A stretch of DNA of 64,000 nucleotides from NCBI GenBank assembly GCA_043228905.1, contig JBHGNT010000004.1, positions 12,462,001-12,526,000 on the forward strand. Reading direction: 5' to 3'. The position numbers and the translations under genes were made by a program. Every line of letters starts with the position of its first letter. The first letter of the stretch is position 1. The DNA is from Azolla caroliniana (taxonomy: Eukaryota > Plantae > Polypodiophyta). The notes under the pieces were generated by a model. The model was not told the origin of the DNA. It saw nothing but the letters and a program-made list of their open reading frames with translations, and did no database searches. Positions 22,925-35,299 of the stretch are shown here, in pieces.

Positions 22925-25900
22925 AGGGGGAGTTTGTTGGGGGACAGGTTCCTCCGGAACGGAGAGCCGGATGGTGCAGACCCGGTATGAATCGGATGAG
23001 GAGTACCCGGCTACGGAGAGCCGAATGGTGCAGACCCGGTATGGACCGGATGAGGAGTACCCGGCTACAGAGAGCCGGATGGTGCAGACCCAGTATGAAC
23101 CGGATGAGGAGTACTCGGCTACAGAGAGCCGGATGGTGCAGACCCGGTATGAACCGGATGAGGAGTACCCGGCTACGGAGAGCTGGATGGTACAGACCCG
23201 GTGAGAACCGAATGAAGAGACATATTCATAAATATGTTTCTGAGAGTCCATCGAGGCTATATTTGTAAATAGCCGAAAAGTCATATTAGTATAAATATGA
23301 CTTAGGGCAAACTTTTAATAGGAGGTTGTCATTCTTGTTGGTGCAAGAATAGAGTGAGTGCGTAACAGTGTACAGAGAGAGAGAGAGAGAGAGAGAAAGA
23401 GGTCGTCGCCTCTGTTGTAACCGCCGCCTGAGGTGAAGATCTGTGAGCACGAGGTCGTTGCCTCAGTGAACTCACTGTTGTATATTCTTACATAGTGAAA
23501 GTTTGCAGCATGTGGGCTGCCGTGGTTTTTCCCCCCTAGTTTGGGGTTTTCCACGCTAAACATCCTGCGTACTCGTCTCTTCTTTGTGTCGCGTTTTATT
23601 TCCCATTTTCTGTGCATCATTCTAAGCTCGGTTGTGGCCGAGCGTTGCACATAAGGAGCGTTGAGTACCCGTCAATATCGGACCGGTCCAATCGCAGAGT
23701 TAGTCGGCTACACCGATGTTGATTGGGCTGGCAACGCCGCCGATCGCCGATCCACGTCTGGATACGCGTTCTCCCTCGGGAGTGCCGCGATCGCGTGGAG
23801 CAGTAAGAAGCAACCGACAGTTGCACTATCGAGCACCGAAGCTGAGTACCGAGGAGCGGCTGTTGCGACATGCGAAGCCATATGGTTGAAGCGGCTACTT
23901 ACGGACCTGTAAGAGGAGGTGTCAGATCCGACGACGATCTACTGCGATAACCTCAGCAGCATCCAGCTCGCGAAAAACCCCGTTTTCCATGCACGGACCA
24001 AGCACATTGAGATGCATTACCATTTCGTCCGTGAGTGTGTCCTTTCCGGTGAAGTCGAACTTCAGTACGTTCCGACGGATCGGCAGACTGCCAACATCTT
24101 CACCAAGCCTCTTGGTCTGGACAAGTTGCGGCAATTCTCTGGTGTGCTCGAATTGCGTCACCTCGACGTGCCAAACTTGAGGGGGAGAACAGTCCCGAAC
24201 GACCAAGCAAAGCAGCAGGAAAGGAGCGGAGGCCGCGACACCGAGTCGGTTGACTCGGTTGTTGACTCGGTTGTCGAGTTCGACTTCGGATCGGCTGAAG
24301 AAGACGAGGGTGGACCCGCGGAAAAGTTCGGAAGTGGACAGAAGGGGAGCAGCCGAAGGAGAGAGCCGAAGCCAACCACGCATGGGGAAGATGACGCCAT
24401 CGAGGGCGAGAAGACCGAAGACGAGTTGGAGACAGCCAACTCGAATGAGAGCGAAAACCGATCGGAGGTAGCCGAGTCGGTTCGGATGTTTGATTCAGGT
24501 ATGCTGAATCAACCGAGGCCCAAGCGGAAGAAAAGGAAGTAGGAGAAGCGTCAACACTGCAACAACAGAAGAGCTGATAAGGGCCGCATGAGCAGACAAG
24601 CCGACCGGAAGGGTCGAAGCGCGAAGAGTCGAACAGGTTGAGGAGCGCGAGCAAGGCGTGAAGCCTGGAGGAACCGGAGCTGTGAGCCCGAGGATCCCGA
24701 AGAGCCTCGAGTTGAGCTTGAGGGGGAGTGTTGAGAGACAAGCTCAACATCGGCCGGATCAGCTGAAGAAGCCGAGGACCAGATCGGTTGGGACCGATCG
24801 GTTAGGTCAAGTGCGTAAACCAGTACGCAGACCGGTGCGTAGGTAGGGCCGGATCGGTGCGGAAATCGGGAGGCCGTTAAGAAAGATATTCCGTGAGGAA
24901 TATATTTGGGAGTTAGTGTAGGAGCTCTCAATGAGCATTGAAATACTGTCAGTACTTCTATCGGTCCTTCTAGGACTTGTATAAAAGTGTTCATTGAACA
25001 CACGTATGTATAGAGTGTGGTGAATAGAGATTGTTTTTGTTGAATATAGTTCTTGTGTTTTCTCTCTCTCACTCTCTCTGTCTCTCCCGCGTATACTGCG
25101 TAAGCTCAAGCTCTCCATTAAACCTGAGTTTTCTTCCTTCTGTTCGGTCTTCATACTTGCTTCCGCACATTACTTTTACAAACCCTAAACCACTTAAGGG
25201 AAACACAAAACCTAATCATCACTAAAGGCAGAAATAAATCGTACTATGAAGTTCTGTCAATTAGAAACACACCTACTGCTACACCCCGATCTTCGAGACA
25301 TCCTTGTTTGGGACTCCAATGATTTCTCCCTATTCGATTTTTGGGAAAGATGAACATGCACCAAAGTTACAAACAGTTATCAGAAAGGAAAACAAAAAGT
25401 TTTTTTAATATGTAACTGATACATACCTGGACGAGGATCGACTTGGTCGTGTGTTGTAGCTCTAAAAGTGCAATGTTGATCTCAGAGTTTTTGTGTTGTT
25501 GTGGGAGCTTCATCTGCGTTCATGCTCAAAGTACTCCATCTGTTTGGAGTTCAAACTCAAACTCAAGATTATCAGGAATTTGATGACATTCAAGTCAACC
25601 TTAGGTGATGGCACTATTCCCATGTTCCACTACGTCAGAAACCAAAGTTCAAATATTTGAGTATTCTCATAAATAAAATGACATGTATTTAACTAATAAA
25701 ACATAACATTTCGTAAACCATCCTTATGATTTTCCCACAAAAAACTATCTAAACAAATAGCTAATTAGATGTGGCCATTTTAGTAGCTAATTGGCTATAA
25801 TAGTGTTTCCACTTCCATGCTTTTACCCATGTACATTATAGTTCTACATCCTAAAATGCATATAAGACATTTGAACATTTTACATCCTAAAATACTTATA

Positions 25901-26460
25901 ATATGGATGTAGACATTTACTTATTCTATAAATTAGTCTGTGTGTATCACGATGTTCTACTTCAAATTGTAATTATTTATGAATATGCCTTCATAGATTG
26001 AGGAATTGTCTACTATTATCACACTAACGATAGGTTTCTCCCTTCTTTTCTCTCTTCTTCATCATCATCATTTTCTTCTATCTTCTATGATTATCACACT
26101 CAGAGTCAGGACTGGTTTCTGTCTTCTTTTTCTGTCTTCTTCTTCTTCTTCTTCTTCTTCTTCGTCGTCGTCGTCATCTCTTTTGTTCTTCTTTCTTCCT
26201 TCTTCTTGATTCTTTTGCACTAAAATCATTTTTTTCTTTTGCTTTTTGTTGGGGTTTTACTTACATTTTTTTATAAATACGTATTATACCTGTTTTTTCA
26301 AACGTACATTAAATACCTTATTGGACAAATGTACATGAAATTTAACTAAACAACATTGAGGTATAGTAGGTACTATACAAATTATGAGGTACTATACGTA
26401 TTTAAACGTTAAATACGGGTACGTAAACAAGCATGGTGCATAGCCATAGTTGCTTTCTCA

Positions 26461-26959
26461 TGTTCTAGAACTCGGCCAGGGAATGATTCCCTGATATATA
26501 TATATATATATATATATAAGCCACCTTGTGTAGCTTTTCTGTAAAAAACTCTCCTAACTAGAACAAAGTGTTGCCGGACCGAGCTCTACTGATTTCCGTT
26601 TTCCGATTGTCTATTTTCTGTTTTTTGTTGTCATTGTAGTGTGAGGCCTTCCTTTCGTGATGGTAGCCCGTGTGCTCCCGATCAGAGGCTGACTAGCATC
26701 TGTGCAGGTGAGTGTTGGGAGCTCGAAGCTCCGTTGTTGGCCGCATCTGGTTATAATCTTTTTGTTTTCTTTGTTAATCATTCGTATTTGCTGAGTCTCA
26801 CCTTGTGTTTGGGCACTTCTACGTTGTTTCTATTCGTCTTGTGTTCGTAGTGTCCCGATCCTGTATTTTTATCTCTGTTCTATTTCTTGTTTGGGTGTGC
26901 ATATCCGAGGGTGAGTGCCCGTGAGCTCTTCGATGCTATCTGGTTACCGGTCCAGAACA
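26461..26959 (+). mobile_element. LTR-like sequence of an unassigned family
   Basis: Inverted termini TGTTCT...AGAACA, an (AT)n/TATA tract and a T-rich U5-like part. No TSD or canonical PBS seen. Confidence 0.5.
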
Positions 26960-27134
26960 TTATACGTCTTTGAGCCCGTGCACTTGTTGGGCAGCTTCCA
27001 GGACGGATATGTGTCCAGAAGTTGTTCCGGCGAAGTTATCTAGGATCCGATTCAGACAACCTTTCTTCACTCATCAGCTCCTTGGTCTGCGATCCCGGTG
27101 GTTCCGCCCCATTTCAACACGAACCCTCAGAATA

Positions 27135-30100
27135 CCGCCACACCGGTCCAATAAGCATCTGTGTAGCCGACTAACTGCTCGGCAGTGCCGATCGGATACA
27201 ACAATCCCATATCCTTAGTGCTGTTGACATGCCTAAGTGATTGTTGGGCGCACTAAAGTTGCTCGATGGTCGGACGCGCCATGAACTGACTAATCAAGCC
27301 GACTGGATAGTTGAGGTCTGTCCGGGTGATGGTCAAGTAGATAAGAATTCTGACTATATGTCGAAACCGTTTTGGGTTGCATGCCATTCCGGAGTCAGGG
27401 CAAAGCTTCAGATTTCTGTCCAAAGGAGTTGAGACGGCTTTGCACTCCATCATTCCAAACTTGAAGAGCATACTCAGCATATACTATTGTTGGCTTATCA
27501 GTATGCCTTCGAGGGTGTGGATTACTTCGATCCAGAGGAAGTAATGTCTGGTGCCATTACTAGTCTTTTCGGGTTCTGTTCTGGTTCTCCCCCTCAAGTG
27601 TGGCATGTTTATATGCTTTGTTTGAGCATGGAACACAAGGTTCTTGGCCAACTGCATGCTACTTATGTTGTTGTAGTAGATTGGGATTGGAGTCGGTACT
27701 TCAATCCAAAGGTCTTGCAACGGCCATTGAAGCCTGATAGCTGGCAACGATAGCGCCCTAATATGCAGTCTCCCTACTCGACAGAGCCATTGTCAGCTGC
27801 TTTTTGCTACTCCACGCGACAACCACGCTACTCAGTGAGAGCATAAAAGAGGATGTTGTCCATCGATCCGAAGCATCATCGATCGAGTCGACATCTGTAT
27901 AACCGATTAACTTTTTGGTTATACCGTGTTGGTATAACAGTTCCCGATTCCTAGTGCCGCTCACATATCACAATAGTCAATGCACGCACTGAAGGTGCTC
28001 GACGGTCGGCTTCTGTATAAATTGACCGATCTCTCCGACCGGAGAGCTGATGTCAGGTCGGGAGATTGTTAAGTAGATAAGGCTTTTGATAATTTTTCTG
28101 AACCGTTTCTCATTGCAGGCCGGTCCAGAGTCGGGACAAAGCTTCATGTTCTAGTCCAAGGGTGTGGAGACTGGTCGGCAATCGTTCATGCCAAACTTGT
28201 ACAACATATTCAGGACATAATGTCGTTGTGAGAGCAATATGTTGTCGGGGGTATGGATCACTTGGATCTTGAGGAAGTAATGAAGTTCCCGGAGGTCCTT
28301 CATATCGAATGCATTCGACAACTGGGACTTCACTCGGTTGATTTCAGCAAGATTGGGTCTAGTGATGACCAGATCATCTACATATAGTAAGATACATACC
28401 GAACCTTCTGGACCTTTCCAGATGAACAACGAAGAGTCAGACTTCGAGGCCACAAACCCCATCTTACACAACTGGTGCGTGATTTTCGAATTCCAAGCTC
28501 GGGGGGTGTTAGAGCGATGGTCTAACGTAAGCATATGATCAGGATAAAAGATATGTTAGGAAACAGGTCCCTCCGAATGGGAAATGAGAAGAACAGTCCT
28601 GATGATCAAACTCGGCCGAGGCCGATAAGCCGAGGCCGAAACCGGATGTGGTGTACCCGGCTACGGAAGACCCGGTGAGAATCGGATGACGAGACCCACC
28701 TACAGAAGACCTGGAGAGAACCGGATGAAGAAGACCCAACTACGGAAGACCTGGAGAGAACCGGATGAAGAGTACCCAGCTACGGAAGACCCGGTGAGAA
28801 CCGGATGACGAGTACCCGGCAAGCGCCGGATGATGCAGGCCCGGTGAGGAGTGCTCACCGGATGAAGGGACATATTCGTAAATATGTTTTCTGAGAGTCC
28901 ATCGCGGCTATATTTTGTAAATTGCCGAAAAGTCATATTAGTATAACTATGACTTAGGGCAAACTTATTGTAGTGGTTGTTGTCATTCTTGTTTGCGCAA
29001 GATTAGAGCGCGTAACAATGTACAGAGAGAGTGAGAGGGAGGGAGAGGTCGTTGCCTCTGTTGTAACCGCCGCCTGTGGCGAAGATAGCAAGCTCGAGGT
29101 CGTGGCCTCGGTGCTTTTCTATTTGTACATTCTGATATAGTGATAGTTTGCGGTCTGCGGGCTGCCGTGGTTTTTCCCAAGTTTGGGTTTTCCACGTAAA
29201 ACATCATGTGTACTCTTCTCTCCTTTGTGTCATGCATTCATTCCCGTTTTCTGTGTATGATTCTAAGCTCGGTTGTGGCACGACCGAGTCTCCACTACTT
29301 GCCGTCTCTTGAATAGGTTGGTCATTTCGGCTCAACCTTTCAGTTGCCCCACTTAGCCGAAATGAGATCGGACTCTCTCTCAGAGGTCTGGTTTCATCAC
29401 CGTGCGGAGGCATTTCGGCCTTGCTGACTTCTTCCTCAGAGTTCGGAATGGAGTCGTGAGGTATTGGAGGTGAAGGTAGGTACCACAAAATGGATTCATG
29501 AAACACAACATCTTGACTTACGCGTACTTCCTTTGTTTGGGGGTTATAAGATTTATACATACCCCTTTTGCTCGTCTAGATAGCCGACTAAGATGCACTT
29601 TTTGGCTTTGGCATCCAACTTCCTCCTCTTTTCCTTCGGCACATGAACATATGCAATGCTACCGAAGATCCTCAAGTGTGCCAAGTTCAACTTCTTCCCG
29701 AAATACAATTCATCTGGCGACACTCCGCCATTAGCAGAAGTCCGATTTTGCAGGTAGAAAGCCGTCCTCACGGCTTCAACCCAATAGAATTTCGGCATAT
29801 GCTTCTCTTCAAGAATTGCCCTGGCCGCTTCTTCAATCGTCCGATTCTTCCGCTCGGCCACGCCGTTCTGATGCGGCGTGTATCTACGTGAGAATTTGCG
29901 TCGAATTCCCTCCTGTACATAATTTGTGAATTGGTCGGAGAAGTACTCCTTCCCGCGATTGGACCGTAGGCATTTCATCTTACGCCCCGTTTCCCTTTCC
30001 GCAAGGCTCTTCACCTTCAGGAAACATGCGAAGACTTCGTTCTTCTTCTCAATCATGCATGCCCACGTGTGCCGAGGGAAGTTATCAATGAAGGTTACAA

Positions 30101-32229
30101 AGTAACGGCTTCCACCGAGACTAATGTTCTATGCCGAACCCCACACATCCGAATGGATCAAATCCAACGGACTTCGACTACAATTACGCTCATTGGGGAA
30201 TGGACGTCGGTGATGTTTTCCCATCTGACAGGCTTCGCAGACTTGGCCATTCCGGCCATGAAATTTCGGAAACCCGAAAACAATGTTCTTCGTCTGCATT
30301 TCACGAAGCCGTGGGAAATTTACATCGCCGAACCGCTTGTGCCACAGGTCGATATCCGATTCAAGTTTTTGTCCTTTCGTGTACAACACAATTCCGGCTT
30401 GATCAGTGTCGAGGATAAACATCCTCCCTTCACGGCACTCTTGCGTGATTACTGTGCCTTCCTCTTCTATGAAGCAGCCGAGATGCGTGAATTGAACCTG
30501 CATTCCCTAGTCGATGATGTGACCGACTGACACCAGGTTCTTTGTTATTGTCAGGACGGGCAACACGTTCATGAGTTTCCCTTTCTGTCCGATATGGCTG
30601 AGGGGAACTTCACCGACATGTTCGATGGTATGTAGAGTGTCGTCCCCCCGTTTTGACCACTCCTTCCGATTCCGGTTTCTCCAAGTACGAGAACCATTGC
30701 TCGTGACTTGTCATATGATTTGACACTCTAGAATCAACATACCACACCTCGCTTGATTTCGAGGTGTTCACGGCCATAGAATTGGCCTTATGCTTCATTA
30801 CGAAGGCTGGGTCTGATTTGTTTTCGGCTCGTTCAGAGCCTTCGGCGTAGTGCGATCTTTGACGCCTCTCTGCATCTCTTCAACTCGATCTGGCTTTGTT
30901 CGGATCGGCTCTCTTTTTCCTACACTCGCTCTCCTTGTAGCCTTTCTTGCCACAGTACCAGCATTTCGATGCGGCCTTCTCTTGCCGGCTTCCGGCATTG
31001 CCATGACTCCCCCTACTTGTGGAGGGTCCAGAACTGCTATCGGCATTTCGATTATGCCGCCTGTTCTGCTCTTGTCAGTCGCCCCCTTTGCGCGTCGATC
31101 TGCCTTGTCCACCATGACCACGTGGCCTATTTTCCTCCGTGTACAACATCTTGCCATTGGCGTGTGTACTCGTCGGCGCACCTGCGTGGTTTTCCTCTAC
31201 GAGCAACATCGATTGAAGCTAGAAAAACGAAGGTGTATTCTCCCTCGTGCAAACCGTCATTCGGAAAGCTCCAAACCTGGACACTAGCCCACCAAGACAA
31301 ACCCGCACCATTTCATCCTCCTCGACGTTCACGTTGACGGAGGCGAGAGAGTCGCAGGTTTCCTTGATTTGGGCCGTATAATCGGCCACAGACAGATCAT
31401 TCTGTCAAACATTGCTGAGCTCCTGTCTGAGCTGCAGCTTCTTGGTCGTTGTGCTTGCAACGAAAAGCTTTTTGAGATTTTCCCACGCATCGTTTGGCGT
31501 CTTAGCATGCCGAATATAGTTGAATACCTGGTTGCTCACATAGGATGCAAAGCAGTAGAGAACTCTGCTTGCCGCTTGTTCCCAAGCCGAAAAATCTCTA
31601 TGTGTCGAATCGGGTGCTACATCATTAGCTCCTTCGACATAACTCTAGTAGTTGTGACCAAGCAGGTACTGGTGCATCTTTTATGACCAAGATGCGTAGT
31701 TGCTCCTGTCGAGGTTCTCAGTCGGTAGCGAGCTTCCCATACCTCTGTCCATATTGTTCAACTATGTTTTGTCGCAAGCTTTTCTTGTTGGCTATAGAGG
31801 ACTTCAACCCTCGCGCTTTGATACCATGTAGAAGAATACATGTGCGGAAGCGTATGCGAAACACAGAGTACACAGTTCGGAGAACTCAAAATACACAGAG
31901 ATGGAAATGGAGAGGGAGAGACAGAGAGAGAACAGACAACTCAGTTCTATTTCAAAATAATGACGCTCTACTATGAACTTCGTGCTCAGTGGGCACCTTT
32001 TATACAAGCCCTGACTATCGGGCTGACACAAGTATTGACAGTACTTGACTGCTCATAAATGAGCCTACTACACTAACTCCCAAAATTATTCCTTACAAGG
32101 AATATCTTTCCAACAGCCTCGTGGTTTACGCACCGCTACGGCCTATTGTGCGCATGGTTCTACACACCCAGTTTACGCACTGGGTTACGCACCCGATTAC
32201 GCACCGAATGTTGAGCTTGTCTCTCAATA
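27135..32229 (-). mobile_element. Ty1/copia family A copy 2; 5' LTR 31827-32229, rearranged and 3'-truncated
   Basis: The LTR end matches the family A start (tgttgagagacaagctcaac on -). PBS gctttgatacca is at 31815-31826. gag, protease (WYVDS), integrase, RT (LYVDDL) and RNase H fragments follow. Part of RT is deleted and an RT piece is repeated at 27140-27550. Confidence 0.9.
28554..29280 (+). mobile_element. Truncated family B LTR
   Basis: Starts tgttaggaaacaggtccctcc and matches B LTRs through ttctaagctcggttgtggc, but lacks the last ~35 bp. It sits at a deletion in the host copia. Confidence 0.88.
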
Positions 32230-32234
32230 GAGAT

Positions 32235-33240
32235 TTACTATAACGTATGTAACCCATTCGTAAATAGTTCTTGAGTTTCTTAGATACCTCATCCTCTTCA
32301 TATCGACTTAAGTGTTAAGGAGGTATACTTATTGGTGCAACGTGAGGTACAATATCTATAGGATGGTCTATATTACGTTTAGGAGGTAACCCATGTGCTA
32401 GTTCACTCGGAAAAACATCACGACAATTATTTAAGATTTCATCGAGTTGTTGTTGTTCAAAATATGATAATTGACTCAAGCCATTATCAAAATTGAAAAC
32501 GTGAATGTCCGGATCAAGTATACAATAAAATAAAGTAGAACAAGACAACTCAGATATTGATGGAGAGGAAACAATTCAAAGAGATTGTTTTTTAACACAT
32601 TGAATAAAATGAGTACAATCGTTCAATACAAAAGTAATTGAATGATGACCCCAATCAATAGATAAAGAAGAGTTTTTATTAAAAAACCAGGGATAACCCA
32701 GTAACACAAAGATTCATTACATGGAAGTCTACTTCCTCTATATAAGTATCAATAGAAATTCCTAATGAATGAATCGCCCCGTTGATGTATTGTACTCTCC
32801 CATCAGCCAAGTGCACCTTATAGGTGTGATCACTTACGTTGGGTTGGACTCCCCATATCTGAAACAAACGATCATTGACAAAATTGTGTGAGCTTCCCGA
32901 ATCAAGTAAAAATTGTACGAGAGATCCATTGATATGCCCGTTTGCACGTAGTAAATCATTGGGTCCCAATACATAGTGAGGGAAAGAACATTGAAAAATT
33001 ATTAAATGATGTGTATAGATCTCAAGCACATTAGGAATCTGACCTTTATGATCTGGCTTTTGCTTTGTTGTCGTGCTATTTTTTATTCGAGCTTTCGACA
33101 TTGTTCTTTTGTATCACCCTTCTTTTTGGAGAATACGCAAAAAGGATGTTGTCGCTTACACTCGCGATCCATGAATTCGTTGGGTGTCTTGCGTTTCCCA
33201 TTGAATTGTGATTGCTTAGTCCCGGACGCTTCGTTGGGTT
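32235..33240 (-). pseudogene. Ty3/gypsy protease-to-RT-start fragment
   Basis: FLLDSGSSHNFV (protease) and DVFPSELAHGLPPKRNIDHPIDIVP (linker before RT). Confidence 0.8.
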
Positions 33241-33244
33241 TTAA

Positions 33245-33866
33245 TAGGGTGATGATAGAAAGTAAAGATAAAGAAGATATATAAATCTAAAACCACAAAG
33301 ATCTATTGATCATGAAAGAAGGAAGAGAGAAAGAAGATCCAACTACAAATATCTATTCATAAGAATTCAAACAACACTACATGAATTGGAAAGAAATCAC
33401 CACAAGAAAGAGACCCTTCAACACCACCTTACTCTTCTTGCTTTATATAAAGTTCTCCTCTACTGGATAAGCTTCCCTTGCTTTCTTTTCCACGCTTATT
33501 TTAGAGTTTTCCCATCTCCTATTCTTAGTTATGACACAACGATCTTCAAATCGTCATATCTCCCTCATATGAGCTCCAACTTTAGTGATTTAAAATACTA
33601 TGATAGCTGACTTCACGAGCTTTCAAACCCATATTTGCACATTATATTTCGGTTCCAAAAGAATGAGTGATGAGCGTTTGTTTCAAACTATATTTTGGTG
33701 GCCCGCTTTTTTCTTCTTTTACTTTTCTCCACGTTTCTTGCTTTTTGTTTGACTTATCCTCAAGACCTTGGTTCGTGTTCTTCACCTCCGGATGTGAATG
33801 CTCCATACCTTATATTCTTGTAGTGTTCAATGCTTTGAATTCTGTCACATTTAGCCCTCCCCCTTG
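33245..33866 (-). mobile_element. PPT plus 3' LTR of another element (family C); related sequence at 46503-46726
   Basis: On the minus strand caagggggagggctaaa is followed by TGTGACAGA at 33849. ctttatataaag is at ~33441. 33601-33842 is repeated at 46503-46726. The left boundary is uncertain. Confidence 0.55.
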
Positions 33867-35299
33867 CTTCTTGGTGAACCATTTATGGTGAACCCTAAGC
33901 TACTAATAAAACCAAAGATTCTCCTTCGCCTTATTCATGGTTATAGACAAAGAAGGAGAGCACAAAAGAAACAAATTATGTGAGTAAAACTCCCATTAAG
34001 CGGTGTCGTGAAAATCCATCACTATGTGCGGATCGTGAGACGGAACCGTTGGCGTTCTAGACTAGAAGGATTTAGTGCAACACGTACAACACAAGCAAGT
34101 TTTAAGCATAAGACAAGTGGGAGAGACAAATCATTAGTTTATTGCAAAAGAAAATCTATTCTTTATAATTTCAGAATCGTGTTACAATGGGTTGGCTATG
34201 GAAATGAGAGATTAATTTTTCAAAGAAAGGAGCCAACAACCATGCAAGGAGTGGTCCGATATGAATACGAAAAATATTTTTTTGACAAGAAAGATCAAGT
34301 AAACAAAGCTAGGAGTTTGATATCAATATGTGAGATAATTTGTTTCTCGAATCCGAGAGGGAAGAAGAAGGAAGGAAAAAAAATTAGAGGAAAAAAATGG
34401 GACATATTTCCAACTCTTTATTGATCCTCCTCCCCAATGTTACTTTGCGTGCCAACTTTTAGTTGCATGGCCTCTACTTTTAGTTGCATGCTTCCATTTT
34501 TAGATGCATGCCTTTTACTTTTAGTTGCATGGCCTTGGCTTTTGGTTGCATGCGACTGTCCGTATAATTCGGCCAAATGACACAATCATCCATAAAGTTT
34601 AGCCCATGCGCAATCCGTACGTGCGTCGCAATCAAACCGTAAACGCCTCTACGCGCAAAAGTCCCGACTGTGGAATGTACGCATCCACGCGCGGGCGCGT
34701 CCAACCCGCACGGTGTAAGCATCCGCACACACGCGCACGTCCAAATCGTCCACACGGCCGTGCATACACGCGTATGCTCGAAAACGTCCACGCGGCCATG
34801 CATACGCCCGAAAACGTCCACGCGGCCATGCATACGAAGCATCAACATGGCCGTGCATATGCACGTACTCCCGAAGCGTCAACAGGGCCATGCATACGCG
34901 CATACTCCCAAAGCTGGCACACCACACAATATAGCCCAAGTCACCTTGCACATTCTGTGCTCCACACATTGATGGAATGAATATTTTTTGGTTTCCCTTA
35001 TCTATCCTGCGTTCCAATGTTGACCTATCTATGTGGGATATCTCACAATTTGTATTTTTTTTCCTTTTTCTCTTCAAACTTCTCATTCACATAACTTGAT
35101 ACTTATTTATCCAATTCATGCGTAGTAAAATACATCATGAAGCTCTTGAACACATCTATCTTTCCATATCAATATATTAAGCTAATCGTAAATAATTATT
35201 TTACTAGTTTTCATATCGTGTGTGAAAAACCACACGACATTCACCCCCACCAAACCTGCACATCCACCGGTATGTGCCAATTGTGGTGAGGTTCCTCTT

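Larger units (their letters stand above)
18051..23674 (+). mobile_element. Ty1/copia LTR retrotransposon, family B copy 1 (Tnt1-like), near full length, nested in the RT/RNase H region of family A
   Basis: LTRs 18051-18849 and 22935-23674, perfect TSD ATATC, PBS TGGTATCAGAGC 18852-18863, PPT gaagggggag 22923-22932. Confidence 0.97.
14846..24542 (+). pseudogene. copia gag-pol of family A copy 1 (split by insertion 18051-23674)
   Basis: MASSLPTEKLDRTNY gag, WYVDSGASNHMT protease, LWHKRIGH/HSDVWG/PEQNGVAER integrase, QMDVKNAFLHG/LYVDDL RT, then after 23679 YTDVDWAG...SSTEAEY...HARTKHIE RNase H and a charged extension. Confidence 0.93.
14330..25180 (+). mobile_element. Ty1/copia LTR retrotransposon, family A copy 1 (gag partly deleted; interrupted by a nested copia)
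   Basis: LTRs 14330-14761 and 24729-25180, perfect TSD AACCC, PBS TGGTATCAGAGC (tRNA-iMet) 14762-14773, PPT ttgagggggag 24718-24728. Confidence 0.97.
9595..25539 (-). pseudogene. Multi-exon accessory pseudogene: unknown N-terminal domain, coiled coil, RING-H2-like finger, low-complexity linker, degenerate FCP1/NIF HAD-like domain
   Basis: Phase-compatible GT-AG joins link exon 25539-25427 to 25329-25273 and then to 14051 onward (..RSSSR-EKSLESQTRMSRRSGCSSS-WLVPPYPRVLNFAKF). Exon end 12743 joins 11350 (LTE-SCGLRR). RING-like C..PCQHIYHIIC..CLGDC lies at ~12780-12915. ALILELDKVL..RRDANQFLDWVVQYFDLFIWS..WTRENC..TLILD lies at ~9820-10125. Stops and frameshifts are present; the other exon boundaries are approximate. 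Confidence 0.6.
1150..26459 (+). mobile_element. Putative large Sola2-like DNA transposon (decayed, left part truncated, interrupted by three LTR retrotransposons)
   Basis: A transposase pseudogene (+) and a convergent accessory pseudogene (-) share the same intronic satellite, and traces of the TAGCTAATT motif recur at 25758-25797. TIRs and TSD were not identified, so both ends are inferred. Confidence 0.5.

Noticed and set aside
26006-26209. Ser/Leu-rich ORF
   Set aside because: It derives from a (TCT)n/(TCG)n microsatellite in pyrimidine-rich non-coding DNA.
28562-28650. Hammerhead-like GGTC...CTGATGA...GAAACC in the family B LTR (possible retrozyme)
   Set aside because: Stems I and II cannot pair, and CTGATGA/GAAA are not jointly conserved in the other B LTRs (ctcatga at ~37454; deleted at ~22955).
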